A stretch of DNA of 64,000 nucleotides, taken from Antedon mediterranea (lineage: Eukaryota > Animalia > Echinodermata). Of this stretch, positions 10,401-24,600 are shown in pieces (position 1 is the first letter of the stretch; every line of letters starts with the position of its first letter). The DNA is taken from positions 8,834,201 to 8,898,200 of the forward strand of contig NC_092679.1 of assembly GCF_964355755.1 (NCBI RefSeq), given 5' to 3'. A program made the position numbers and the translations under genes. The notes under the pieces were generated by a model, which saw nothing but the letters and a program-made list of their open reading frames with translations, searched no databases and was not told where the DNA came from.

Positions 10401-13400
10401 ATATTAAGCTACTTTGTGCTCTTTGATGTTTTTGTGTGAAATGTTTTATCGAAATGCTCAAAATGTTCTAAAACGGTTTCTAATGTGATTTCAAGCACTT
10501 TGATGTTTTTGTGTAACCAAGTTTTTCGAAAATCACAAAATTGTCTAAAACGTCTCCAAATGCGATTTGAAGCTATTCTGTACACTTTGATGTTTTTATG
10601 TTAACAAGTTTTTCGAAAATCACAAAATGGTCTAAAACGTCTCCAAATGCGATTTTAAGCTATTCTAAGCACTTTGGTGTTTTTATGTTAACAAGTTTTT
10701 TTGAAAATCACAAAATGGTCTAAAACGTCTCTAAATGCGATTTGAAGCTTTTCTGTACACTTTGATGTTTTTATGTTAACAACTTTTTTCGAAAATCACA
10801 AAATGGTCTAAAATGTCTCCAAATGCGATTTGAAGCTATTCTAAGCACTTTGGTGTTTTTATGGAAACAATTTTTTTCGAAAATCACAAAATGGTCTAAA
10901 ACGTCTCCAATAGCGATTTGAAGCTTTTCTGTACACTTTGGTGTTTTTATGTTAACAAGTTTTTTCGAAAATCACAAAATGGTCTAAAACGTCTCCAAAT
11001 GCGATTTGAAGCTATTCTGTACACTTTGATGTTTTTATGTTAACAAGTGTTTTCGAAAATCACAAAATGGTCTAAAACGTCTACAAATGCGATTTGAAGC
11101 TATTCTAAGCACTTTTGTGTTTTTATGTTAACAAGTTTTTTCGAAAATCACAAAAATAAATGGTCTAAAAGGTCTGCAAATGCGATTTGAAACTATTCTT
11201 AGCACATTGGTGTTTTTATTTAAACAAATTTTTTCGAAACTCACAAAATGGTCTAAAACGTCTCCAAATGCGATTTGAAGCTATTTTAAGCACTTTGGTG
11301 TTTTTGTGTTAACAAGTTTTTCGAAATGCTCAAAATGGTCTAAAACGTTTTTAAACACGATATTAAGCTATTTTGTGCTCTTTGATGTTTTTTTGTGAAA
11401 AGTTTTAGCAAAATGCTCAAAATGGTCTAAAACGATTTCTAATGTGATTTTAAGCACTTTGATGTTTTTATGTTAACTAGTTTTTTCGAAAATCACAAAA
11501 TGGTCTAAAACGTCTCCAAATGCGATTTGAAGCTATTTTAAGCACTTAGGTGCTTTTGTGTAACCAAGTTTTTTTGAAAATCACAAAAGGGTCTAAAATG
11601 TCTCCAAATGTGATTTGAAGCTATTTTAAGCACTTTGGTGTTTTTGTGTTAACAAGTTTTTCGAAAATCACAAAATTGTCTAAAACGTCTCCAAATGCGA
11701 TTTGAAGCTATTCTGTACACTTTGATGTTTTTATGTTAAGTTTTTTTGAAAATCACAAAATGGTCTAAAACGTTTCCAAATGCGATTTGAAGCTATTCTC
11801 TACACTTTGATGTTTTGTGTGAAAATTTTCTTTCGAAATGCTCAAAATGGTCAAAAACGTTTTTAAATACGATATTAAGCTACTTTGTGCTCTTTGATGT
11901 TTTTGTCTGAAATGTTTTATCGAAATGCTCAAAATGGTCTAAAACGGTTTCTAATGTGATTTCAAGCACTTTGATGTTTTTGTGTTACCAAGTTTTTCGA
12001 AAAACACAAAATTGTCTAAAACGTCTCCAAATGCGATTTGAAGCTATTCTGTACACTTTGATGTTTTTATGTTAACAAGTTTTTCTAAAATCACAAAATG
12101 GTCTAAAACGTCTCCAAATGCGATTTTAAGCTATTCTAAGCACTTTGGTGTTTTTATGTTAACAAGTTTTTTTGAAAATCACAAAATGGTCTAAAACGTC
12201 TTTAAATGCGATATGAAGCTTTTCTAAGCACTTTGGTGTTTTTATGGAAACAATTTTTTTCGAAAATCACAAAATGGTCTAAAACGTCTCCAAATGTGAT
12301 TTGAAGCTATTCTGTACACTTTGATGTTTTTATGCTAACAAGTTTTTTCGAAAATCACAAAATGGTCTAAAACGTCTACAAATGCGATTTGAAGCTAATC
12401 TGTACACTTTGATGTTTTTATGTTAACAAGTTTTTTCGAAAATCACAAAATGGTCTAAAACGTTTCCAAATGCGATTTGAAGCTATTCTGTACACTTTGA
12501 TGTTTTGTGTGAAAATTTTCTGTCGAAATGCTCAAAATGGTCAAAAACGTTTTTAAATACGATATTAAGCTACTTTGTGCTCTTTGATGTTTTTGTGTGA
12601 AATGTTTTATCGAAATGCTCAAAATGGTCTAAAACGGTTTCTAATGTGATTTCAAACACTTTGATGTTTTTGTGTAACCAAGTTTTTCAAAAATCACAAA
12701 ATTGTCTAAAACGTCTCCAAATGCGATTTGAAGCTATTCTGTACACTTTGGTGTTTTTATGTTAACAAGTTTTTTCGAAAATCACAAAATGGTCTAAAAC
12801 GTCTCCAAATGCGATTTAAAGCTATTTTAAGCACTTTTGTGTTTTTGTGTAACCAAGTTTTTTCGAAAATCACAAAATGGTCTAAAACGTCTCCAAATGC
12901 GATTTGAAGCTATTCTAAGCACTTTGGTGTTTTTATGTTAACAAGTTTTTTGGAAAATCACAAAATGGTATAAAACGTCTCCAAATGCGATTTGAAGCTA
13001 TTCTAAGCACTTTGGTGTTTTTATGTTAACAAGTTTTTTCGAAAATCACAAAATGGTCTAAAATGTCTCCAAATGCGATTTAAAGCTATTTTAAGCACTT
13101 TGGTGTTTTTGTGTTAACAAGTTTTTCGAAATGCACAAAATGGTCTAAAACGTCTCCAAATGCGATTTGAAGCTATTCTAAGCACTTTGGTGTTTTTATG
13201 TTAACAAGTTTTTTCGAAAATCACAAAATGGTCTAAAACGTCTCCAAATGCGATTTGAAGCTATTCTGTACACTTTGATGTTTTTATGTTAACAAGTTTT
13301 TTCGAAAATCACAAAATGGTCTAAAACGTCTACAAATGCGATTTGAAGCTATTCTAAGCACTTTTGTGTTTTTATTTAAACAAATTTTTTCGAAACTCAC

Positions 13401-16400
13401 AAAATGGTCTAAAACGTCTCCAAAGGCGATTTGAAGCTATTTTAAGTACTTTGGTATTTTTGTGTTACCAAGTTTTTCGAAATGCTCAAAATGGTCTAAA
13501 ACGTTTTTAAACACGATATTAAGCTATTTTGTGCTCTTTGATGTTTTTTTGTGAAAAGTTTTAGCGAAATGCTCAGAATGGTCTAAAACGATTTCTAATG
13601 TGGTTTTAAGGACTTTGATGTTTTTATGTTAACTAGTTTTTTCGAAAATCACAAAATGGTCTAAAACGTCTCCAAATGCGATTTGAAGCTATCTTAAGCA
13701 CTTAGGTGCTTTTGTGTAACTCAGTTTTTTCGAAAATCATAAAAAGGTCTAAAATGTCTCCAAATGTGATTTGAAGCTATTTTAAGCACTTTGGTGTTTT
13801 TGTGTTAACAAGTTTTTCGAAAATCACAAAATTGTCTAAAACGTCTCCAAATGCGATTTGAAGCTATTCTGTACACTTTGATGTTTTTATGTTAACAAGT
13901 TTTTTAGAAAATCACAAAATGGTCTAAAATGTCTCCAAATGCGATTTGAAGCTATTCTAAGCACTTTGGTGTTTTTATGTTAACAAGTTTTTTCGAAAAT
14001 CACAAAATGGTCTAAAACGTCTCCAAATGCGATTTGAAGATATTTTAAGCACTTTGGTGTTTTTGTGTTAACAAGTTTTTCGAAATGCTCAAAATGGTCT
14101 AAAACGTCTCCAAATGCGATTTGAAGCTATTCTAAGCACTTTGGTGTTTTTATGTTAACAAGTTTTTTCAAAAATCACAAAATGGTCTAAAACGTTTCCA
14201 AATGCGATTTGAAGCTATTCTGTACACTTTGATGTTTTGTGTGAAAATTTTCTGTCGAAATGCTCAAAATGGTCAAAAACGTTTTTAAATACGATATTAA
14301 GCTACTTTGTGCTCTTTGATGTTTTTGTGTGAAATGTTTTATCGAAATGCTCAAAATGGTCTAAAACGGTTTCTAATGTGATTTCAAGCACTTTGATGTT
14401 TTTGTGTAACCAAGTTTTTCGAAAATCACAAAATTGTCTAAAACGTCTCCAAATGCGATTTGAAGCTATTCTGTACACTTTGATGTTTTTATGTTAACAA
14501 GTTTTTCGAAAATCACAAAATGGTCTAAAACGTCTCCAAATGCGATTTTAAGCTATTCTAAGCACTTTGGTGTTTTTATGGTAACAAGTTTTTTTGAAAA
14601 TCACAAAATGGTCTAAAACGTCTCTAAATGCGATTTGAAGCTTTTCTGTACACTTTGATGTTTTTATGTTAACAAGTTTTTTCGAAAATCACAAAATGGT
14701 CTAAAATGTCTCCAAATGCGATTTGAAGCTATTCTAAGCACTTTGGTGTTTTTATGGAAACAATTTTTTTCGAAAATCACAAAATGGTCTAAAACGTCTC
14801 CAAATGTGATTTGAAGCTATTCTGTACACTTTGATGTTTTTATGTTAACAAGTTTTTTCGAAAATCACAAAATGGTCTAAAACGTCTACAAATGCAATTT
14901 GAAGCTAATCTGTACACTTTGATGTTTTTATGTTAACAAGTTTTTTCGAAAATCACAAAATGGTCTAAAACGTTTCCAAATGCGATTTGAAGCTATTCTG
15001 TACACTTTGATGTTTTGTGTGAAAATTTTCTGTCGAAATGCTCAAAATGGTCAAAAACGTTTTTAAATACGATATTAAGCTACTTTGTGCTCTTTGATGT
15101 TTTTGTGTGAAATGTTTTATCGAAATGCTCAAAATGGTCTAAAACGGTTTCTAATGTGATTTCAAGCACTTTGATGTTTTTGTGTAACCAAGTTTTTCGA
15201 AAATCACAAAGTTGTCTAAAACGTCTCCAAATGCGATTTGAAGCTATTCTGTACACTTTGATGTTTTTATGTTAACAAGTTTTTCGAAAATCACAAAATG
15301 GTCTAAAACGTCTCCAAATGCGATTTTAAGCTATTCTAAGCACTTTGGTGTTTTTATGTTAACAAGTTTTTTTGAAAATCACAAAATGGTCTAAAACGTC
15401 TCTAAATGCGATTTGAAGCTTTTCTGTACACTTTGATGTTTTTATGTTAACAACTTTTTTCGAAAATCACAAAATGGTCTAAAATGTCTCCAAATGCGAT
15501 TTGAAGCTATTCTAAGCACTTTGGTGTTTTTATGGAAACAATTTTTTTCGAAAATCACAAAATGGTCTAAAACGTCTCCAATAGCGATTTGAAGCTTTTC
15601 TGTACACTTTGGTGTTTTTATGTTAACAAGTTTTTTCGAAAATCACAAAATGGTCTAAAACGTCTCCAAATGCGTTTTGAAGCTATTTTAAGCACTTTGG
15701 TGTTTTTATCTTAACAAGTTTTTTCGAAAATCACAAAATGGTCTAAAACGTATCCAAATGCGATTGAAGCTATTCTAAGCACTTTGGTGTTTTTATGTTA
15801 ACAAGTTTTTTCAAAAATCACAAAACGGTCTAAAACGTCTCCAAATGCGATTTGAAGCTATTCTGTACACTTTGATGTTTTTATGTTAACAAGTTTTTTC
15901 AAAAAACACAAAATGGTCTAAAACGTTTCCAAATGCGATTTGAAGCTATTCTGTACACTTTGATGTTTTGTGTGAAAATTTTCTGTCGAAATGTTCAAAA
16001 TGGTCAAAAACGTTTTTAAATACGATATTAAGCTACTTTGTGCTCTTTGATGTTTTTGTGTGAAAAGTTTTATCGAAATGCTCAAAATGGTCTAAAACGG
16101 TTTCTAATGTGATTTCAAGCACTTTGATGTTTTTGTGTAACCAAGTTTTTCGAAAATCACAAAATTGTCTAAAACGTCTCCAAATGCGATTTGAAGCTAT
16201 TCTGTACACTTTGATGTTTTTATGTTAACAAGTTTTTTCGAAAATCACAAAAGAGTCTAAAATATCTCGAAATGCGATTTGAAGCTATTCTAAGCACTTT
16301 GGTGTTTTTATGTTAACAAGTTTTTTCGAAATCACAAAATGGTCTAAAATGTCTCCAAATGCGATTTGAAGCTAATCTTAGCACATTGGTGTTTTTATGT

Positions 16401-17496
16401 TAACAAGTTTTTTCGAAAATCACAAAATGGTCTAAAACGACTCCAAATGCGATTTGAAGCTATTCTGTATACTTTGGTGTTTTTATGTTAACAAGTTTTT
16501 TCGAAAATCACAAAATGGTCTAAAACGTCTCCAAATGCGATTTGAAGCTATTCTAAGCACTTTGGTGTTTCTATGTTAACAAGTTTTTTAGAAAATCACA
16601 AAATGGTCTAAAACGTCTCCAAATGCGATTTGAAGCTATTCTGTACACTTTGATGTTTTGTGTGAAAATTTTCTGTCGAAATGCTCAAAATGGTCAAAAA
16701 CGTTTTTAAATACGATATTAAGCTACTTTGTGCTCTTTGATGTTTTTGTGTGAAATGTTTTATCGAAATGCTCAAAATGGTCTAAAATGGTTTCTAATGT
16801 GATTTCAAGCACTTTGATGTTTTTGTATAACCAAGTTTTTCGAAAATCACAAAATTGTCTAAAACGTCTCCAAATGCGATTTGAAGCTATTCTGTACACT
16901 TTGATGTTTTTATGTTAACAAGTTTTTCGAAAATCACAAAATGGTCTAAAACGTCTCCAAATGCGATTTTAAGCTATTCTAAGCACTTTGGTGTTTTTAT
17001 GTTAACAAGTTTTTCGAAAATCACAAAATGGTCTAAAACGTCTCCAAATGCGATTTGAAGCTATTCTGTACACTTTGATGTTTTTATGTTAACAAGTTTT
17101 TTCGAAAATCAAAAATGGTCTAAAACGTCTACAAATGCGATTTGAAGCTATTCTAAGCACTTTTGTGTTTTTATGTTAACAAGTTTTTTCGAAAATCACA
17201 AAATGGTCTAAAACGTCTGCAAATGCGATTTGAAGCTATTCTTAGCACATTGGTGTTTTTATTTAAACAAATTTTTTCGAAACTCACAAAATGGTCTAAA
17301 ACGTCTCCAAATGCGATTTGAAGCTATTTTAAGCACTTTGGTGTTTTTGTGTTAACAAGTTTTTCGAAATGCTCAAAATGGTCTAAAACGTTTTTAAACA
17401 CGATATTAAGCTATTTTGTGCTCTTTGATGTTTTTTTGTGAAAAGTTTTAGCGAAATGCTCAAAATGGTGTAAAACGATTTCTAATGTGATTTTAA

Positions 17497-18122
17497 AGAC
17501 CCCTTCCCTGCAATTTTGGACGTTTTTTGGAAAATAATACATATATATCACTTTAAAAACATTAAACCATGTCATTCCTTGTCTTAAATGTACGTTTTAT
17601 GGTAAATTATGATAAAAAGTGAGAAACAATGCACTACCTAAGTAGCTCGCGGCGATCGACCTCTCGTGGACGGTCTTAGGCCTAGCCTAGCTAGGCTTAG
17701 TTTTGTAGGCCTAGCTGGTAAACATCGATAACGTACGAACATCGTACGCTAGCTATATACCTAGCCTGACGTTGTATAGTTGCTGCATTAATTGTCTTTC
17801 TATTTTTGCCAGACTCCGTTGATACAAATTGGGGAAAACCCGGTATTTTCGCTGAAAAGTTAGGAGTCTTCCATTTGTTTTGGCTTCACGATCGATCGAA
17901 AAGTGGGCGAATTACAGGTGAAAAACAAAAATATCAATCCGCGCGCAATGCATTTTGGGATTTATAGCGGGCCGCTATAATTATTAGAATCGATTTATTT
18001 TTCACATTTTTAACCGTTTAAAGACGAAAAAAGTTATCGCAATATGACCATATAGTATTATTTTTACATTAAATATAGTTTGTGATCTTAAATTAGATCT
18101 AAAAAACGTAGGGAATGGGGCT
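17497..18122. mobile_element. Kolobok-type non-autonomous element, copy 2, 626 bp
   Basis: TTAA at 17493-17496 and 18123-18126; same TIRs and interior as copy 1. Confidence 0.9.
17943..17968 (-). promoter_or_regulatory. ZNF143/Staf-like binding motif with ACTAYRnnnCCCR-like extension (present in each element copy)
   Basis: The minus strand reads GCTATAAATCCCAAAATGCATTGCGC, resembling the known composite ACTACAnnTCCCAnAATGCAYTGCG motif. This is a visual match only, with no PWM scan. Confidence 0.55.
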
Positions 18123-20107
18123 TTAAGCACTTTGATGTTTTTATGTTAACTAGTTTTTTCGAAAATCACAAAATGGTCTAAAACGTCTCCAAATGTAATT
18201 TGAAGCTATTCTAAGCACTTGGGTGTTTTTATGTTAACAGTTTTTTCGAAAATCACAAAATGGTCTAAAACGTTTCCAAATGCGATTTGAAGCTATTCTG
18301 TACACTTTGATGCTTTTATGGTAACAAGTTTTTTCAAAAATCACAAAATGGTCTAAAATGTCTCCAAATGCGATTTGAAGCTATTCTAAGCACTTTGGTG
18401 TTTTTATGGAAACAATTTTTTTCGAAAATCACAAAATGGTCTAAAACGTCTCCAATAGCAATTTGAAGCTTTTCTGTACACTTTGGTGTTTTTATGTTAA
18501 CAAGTTTTTTCGAAAATCACAAAATGGTCTAAAACGTTTCCAAATGCGATTTGAAGCTATTCTGTACACTTTGATGTTTTGTGTGAAAATTTTCTGTCGA
18601 AATGTTCAAAATGGTCAAAAACGTTTTTAAATACGATATTAAGCTACTTTGTGCTCTTTGATGTTTTTGTGTGAAAAGTTTTATCGAAATGCTCAAAATG
18701 GTCTAAAACGGTTTCTAATGTGATTTCAAGCACTTTGATGTTTTTGTGTAACCAAGTTTTTCGAAAATCACAAAATTGTCTAAAACGTCTCCAAATGCGA
18801 TTTGAAGCTATTCTGTACACTTTGATGTTTTTATGTTAACAAGTTTTTTCGAAAATCACAAAAGAGTCTAAAATATCTCGAAATGCGATTTGAAGCTATT
18901 CTAAGCACTTTGGTGTTTTTATGTTAACAAGTTTTTTCGAAATCACAAAATGGTCTAAAATGTCTACAAATGCGATTTGAAGCTAATCTTAGCACATTGG
19001 TGTTTTTATGTTAACAAGTTTTTTCGAAAATCACAAAATGGTCTAAAACGACTCCAAATGCGATTTGAAGCTATTCTGTATACTTTGGTGTTTTTATGTT
19101 AACAAGTTTTTTCGAAAATCACAAAATGGTCTAAAACGTCTCCAAATGCGATTTGAAGCTATTCTAAGCACTTTGGTGTTTTTATGTTAACAAGTTTTTT
19201 AGAAAATCACAAAATGGTCTAAAACGTCTCCAAATGCGATTTGAAGCTATTCTGTACACTTTGATGTTTTGTGTGAAAATTTTCTGTCGAAATGCTCAAA
19301 ATGGTCAAAAACGTTTTTAAATACGATATTAAGCTACTTTGTGCTCTTTGATGTTTTTGTGTGAAATGTTTTATCGAAATGCTCAAAATGGTCTAAAATG
19401 GTTTCTAATGTGATTTCAAGCACTTTGATGTTTTTGTATAACCAAGTTTTTCGAAAATCACAAAATTGTCTAAAACGTCTCCAAATGCGATTTGAAGCTA
19501 TTCTGTACACTTTGATGTTTTTATGTTAACAAGTTTTTCGAAAATCACAAAATGGTCTAAAACGTCTCCAAATGCGATTTTAAGCTATTCTAAGCACTTT
19601 GGTGTTTTTATGTTAACAAGTTTTTCGAAAATCACAAAATGGTCTAAAACGTCTCCAAATGCGATTTGAAGCTATTCTGTACACTTTGATGTTTTTATGT
19701 TAACAAGTTTTTTCGAAAATCAAAAATGGTCTAAAACGTCTACAAATGCGATTTGAAGCTATTCTAAGCACTTTTGTGTTTTTATGTTAACAAGTTTTTT
19801 CGAAAATCACAAAATGGTCTAAAACGTCTGCAAATGCGATTTGAAGCTATTCTTAGCACATTGGTGTTTTTATTTAAACAAATTTTTTCGAAACTCACAA
19901 AATGGTCTAAAACGTCTCCAAATGCGATTTGAAGCTATTTTAAGCACTTTGGTGTTTTTGTGTTAACAAGTTTTTCGAAATGCTCAAAATGGTCTAAAAC
20001 GTTTTTAAACACGATATTAAGCTATTTTGTGCTCTTTGATGTTTTTTTGTGAAAAGTTTTAGCGAAATGCTCAAAATGGTGTAAAACGATTTCTAATGTG
20101 ATTTTAA

Positions 20108-20733
20108 AGACCCCTTCCCTGCAATTTTGGACGTTTTTTGGAAAATAATACATATATATCACTTTAAAAACATTAAACCATGTCATTCCTTGTCTTAAAT
20201 GTACGTTTTATGGTAAATTATGATAAAAAGTGAGAAACAATGCACTACCTAAGTAGCTCGCGGCGATCGACCTCTCGTGGACGGTCTTAGGCCTAGCCTA
20301 GCTAGGCTTAGCTTTGTAGGCCTAGCTGGTAAACATCGATAACGTACGAACATCGTACGCTAGCTATATACCTAGCCTGACGTTGTATAGTTGCTGCATT
20401 AATTGTCTTTCTATTTTTGCCAGACTCCGTTGATACAAATTGGGGAAAACCCGGTATTTTCGCTGAAAAGTTAGGAGTCTTCCATTTGTTTTGGCTTCAC
20501 GATCGATCGAAAAGTGGGCGAATTACAGGTGAAAAACAAAAATATCAATCCGCGCGCAATGCATTTTGGGATTTATAGCGGGCCGCTATAATTATTAGAA
20601 TCGATTTATTTTTCACATTTTTAACCGTTTAAAGACGAAAAAAGTTATCGCAATATGACCATATAGTATTATTTTTACATTAAATATAGTTTGTGATCTT
20701 AAATTAGATCTAAAAAACGTAGGGAATGGGGCT
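20108..20733. mobile_element. Kolobok-type non-autonomous element, copy 3, 626 bp
   Basis: TTAA at 20104-20107 and 20734-20737; one private T>C at 20312. Confidence 0.9.
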
Positions 20734-21649
20734 TTAAGCACTTTGATGTTTTTATGTTAACTAGTTTTTTCGAAAATCACAAAATGGTCTAAAACGTCTC
20801 CAAATGTAATTTGAAGCTATTCTAAGCACTTGGGTGTTTTTATGTTAACAGTTTTTTCGAAAATCACAAAATGGTCTAAAACGTTTCCAAATGCGATTTG
20901 AAGCTATTCTGTACACTTTGATGCTTTTATGGTAACAAGTTTTTTCAAAAATCACAAAATGGTCTAAAATGTCTCCAAATGCGATTTGAAGCTATTCTAA
21001 GCACTTTGGTGTTTTTATGTTAACAAGTTTTTTCGAAAATCACAAAATGGTCTAAAACGTCTCCAAATGCGATTTTAAGCTATTTTAAGCACTTTGGTGT
21101 TTTTGTGTTAACAAGTTTTTCGAATTGCTCAAAATGGTCTAAAACGTCTCCAAATGCGATTTGAAGCTATTCTAAGCACTTTGGTGTTTTTATGTTAACA
21201 AGTTTTTTCGAAAATCACAAAATGGTCTAAAACGTCTCCAAATGCGATTTGAAGCTTTTCTGTACACTTTGATGTTTTTATGTTAACAACTTTTTTCGAA
21301 AATCACAAAATGGTCTAAAATGTCTCCAAATGCGATTTAAAGCTATTTTAAGCACTTTTGTGTTTTTGTGTAACCAAGTTTTTTCGAAAATCACAAAAGG
21401 GTCAAAAATGTCTCTAAATGCGATTTGAAGCTACTCTAAGCACTTTGGTGTTTTTATGTTAACAAGTTTTTTCGAAAATCACAAAATGGTCTAAAACGTC
21501 TCCAAATGCGATTTGAAGCTATTTTAAGCACTTAGGTGCTTTTGTGTAACCAAGTTTTTTCGAAAATCACAAAAAGGTCTAAAATGTCTCCAAATGTGAT
21601 TTGAAGCTATTTTAAGCACTTTGGTGTTTTTGTGTTAACAAGTTTTTCG

Positions 21650-24600
21650 AAAATCACAAAATTGTCTAAAACGTCTCCAAATGCGATTTGAAGCTATTCT
21701 GTACACTTTGATGTTTTTATGTTAACAAGTATTTTAGAAAATCACAAAATGGTCTATAATGTCTCTAAATGCGATTTGAAGCTATTCTAAGCACTTTGGT
21801 GTTTTTATGTTAACAAGTTTTTTTCGAAAATCACAAAATGGTCTAAAACGTCTCCAAATGCGATTTGAAGCTATTTTAAGCACTTTGGTGTTTTTGTGTT
21901 AACAAGTTTTTCGAAATGCTCAAAATGGTCTAAAACGTCTCCAAATGCGATTTGAAGCTATTCTAAGCACTTTGGTGTTTTTATGTTAACAAGTTTTTTC
22001 GAAAATCACAAAATGGTCTAAAACGTCTCCAAATGCGGTTTTAAGCTATTCTGTACACTTTGGTGTTTTTATGTTAACAAGTTTTTTTCGAAAATCACAA
22101 AATGGTCTAAAACGTCTCCAAATGCGATTTGAAGCTATTCTGTACACTTTGATGTTTTTATGTTAACAAGTTTTTTCGAAAATCACAAAATGGTCTAAAA
22201 CGTCTACAAATGCGATTTGAAGCTATTCTAAGCACTTTTGTGTTTTTATGTTAACAAGTTTTTTCGAAAATCACAAAATGGTCTAAAACGTCTGCAAATG
22301 CGATTTGAAGCTATTCTTAGCACATTGGTGTTTTTATTTAAACAAATTTTTTCGAAACTCACAAAATGGTTTAAAACGTCTCCAAATGCGATTTGAAGCT
22401 ATTTTAAGCACTTTGGTGTTTTTGTGTTAACAAGTTTTTCTAAATGCTCAAAATGGTCTAAAACGTTTTTAAACACGATATTAAGCTATTTTGTGCTCTT
22501 TGATGTTTTTTTGTGAAAATTTTAGCGAAATGCTCAAAATGGTCTAAAACGATTTCTAATGTGATTTTAAGCACTTTGATGTTTTTATGTTAACTAGTTT
22601 TTTCGAAAATCAAAAATGGTCTAAAACGTCTCCAAATGTGATTTGAAGCTATTCTAAGCACTTTGGTGTTTTTATGTTAACAGTTTTTTCGAAAATCACA
22701 AAATGGTCTAAAACGTTTCCAAATGCGATTTGAAGCTATTCTGTACACTTTGATGTTTTTATGGTAACAAGTTTTTTAGAAAATCACAAAATGGTCTAAA
22801 ACATCTCCAAATGCGATTTAAAGCTATTTTAAGCACTTTTGTGTTTTTGTGTAACCAAGTTTTTTCGAAAATCACAAAAGGGTCTAAAATGTCTCTAAAT
22901 GCGATTTGAAGCTACTCTAAGCACTTTGGTGTTTTTATGTTAACAAGTTTTTTCGAAAATCAATAAATGGTCTAAAATTTCTCCAAATGCGATTTGAAGC
23001 TATTCTGTACACTTTACTGTTTTGTGTGAAAAATGTTTGTCGAAATCCTCAAAATGGTCAAAAACGTTTTTAAATACGATATTAAGCTATTTTGTGCTCT
23101 TTGATGTTTTTGTGTGAAAAGTTTTATCGAAATACTCAAAATGGTCTAAAACGGTTTCTAATGTGATTTTAAGCACTTTGATGTTTTTGTGTAACCAAGT
23201 TTTTTCGAAAATCACAAAATGGTCTAAAATGTCTCCAAATGCGATTTGAAGCTATTCTAAGCACTTTGGTGTTTTTATGGAAACAATTTTTTTCGAAAAT
23301 CACAAAATGGTCTAAAACGTCTCCAATAGCAATTTGAAGCTTTTCTGTACACTTTGGTGTTTTTATGTTAACAAGTTTTTTCGAAAATCACAAAATGGTC
23401 TAAAACGTCTCCCAATGCAATTTGAAGCTATTCTGTACACTTTGATGTTTTTATGTTAACAAGTTTTTTATAAAATCACAAAATGGTCTAAAACGTCTCC
23501 AAATGCGATTTGAAGCTATTCTGTACACTTTGATGTTTTTATGTTAACAAGTTTTTTCGAAAATCACAAAATGGTCTAAAACGTCTCCAAATGCGATTTG
23601 AAGCTATTTTAAGCACTTTGGTGTTTTTGTGTTCACAAGTTTTTCGAAATGCTCAAAATGGTCTAAAACGTCTCCAAATGCGATTTGAAGCTATTCTAAG
23701 CACTTTGGTGTTTTTATGTTAACAAGTTTTTTCGAAAATCACAAAATGGTATAAAACGTCTCCAAATGCGATTTGAAGCTATTCTAAGCACTTTGGTGTT
23801 TTTATGTTAACAAGTTTTTTCGAAAATCACAAAATGGTCTAAAACGTTTCCAAATGCGATTTGAAGCTATTCTGTACACTTTGATGTTTTGTGTGAAAAT
23901 TTTCTTTCGAAATGCTCAAAATGGTCAAAAACGTTTTTAAATACGATATTAAGCTACTTTGTGCTCTTTGATGTTTTTGTGTGAAATGTTTTATCGAAAT
24001 GCTCAAAATGGTCTAAAACGGTTTCTAATGTGATTTCAAGCACTTTGATGTTTTTGTGTAACCAAGTTTTTCGAAAATCACAAAATTGTCTAAAACGTCT
24101 CCAAATGCGATTTGAAGCTATTCTGTACACTTTGATGTTTTTATGTTAACAAGTTTTTCGAAAATCACAAAATGGTCTAAAACGTCTCCAAATGCGATTT
24201 TAAGCTATTCTAAGCACTTTGGTGTTTTTATGTTAACAAGTTTTTTTGAAAATCACAAAATGGTCTAAAACGTCTCTAAATGCGATTTGAAGCTTTTCTG
24301 TACACTTTGATGTTTTTATGTTAACAACTTTTTTCGAAAATCACAAAATGGTCTAAAATGTCTCCAAATGCGATTTGAAGCTATTCTAAGCACTTTGGTG
24401 TTTTTATGGAAACAATTTTTTTCGAAAATCACAAAATGGTCTAAAACGTCTCCAATAGCGATTTGAAGCTTTTCTGTACACTTTGGTGTTTTTATGTTAA
24501 CAAGTTTTTTCGAAAATCACAAAATGGTCTAAAACGTCTACAAATGCGATTTGAAGCTATTCTGTACACTTTGATGTTTTTATGTTAACAAGTTTTTTCG

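Larger units (their letters stand above)
15900..21000 (+). repeat. Tandem duplication, period 2611 bp, each unit carrying one element copy (boundaries approximate)
   Basis: Element starts at 17497 and 20108, and the marker AAGAGTCTAAAATATCTCG at 16251 and 18862, both differ by 2611. Confidence 0.88.

Noticed and set aside
13211-13240. CENP-B box in the monomer (TTCG core)
   Set aside because: Only TTCG and an A match; the CGGG half of the NTTCGNNNNANNCGGGN box is missing.
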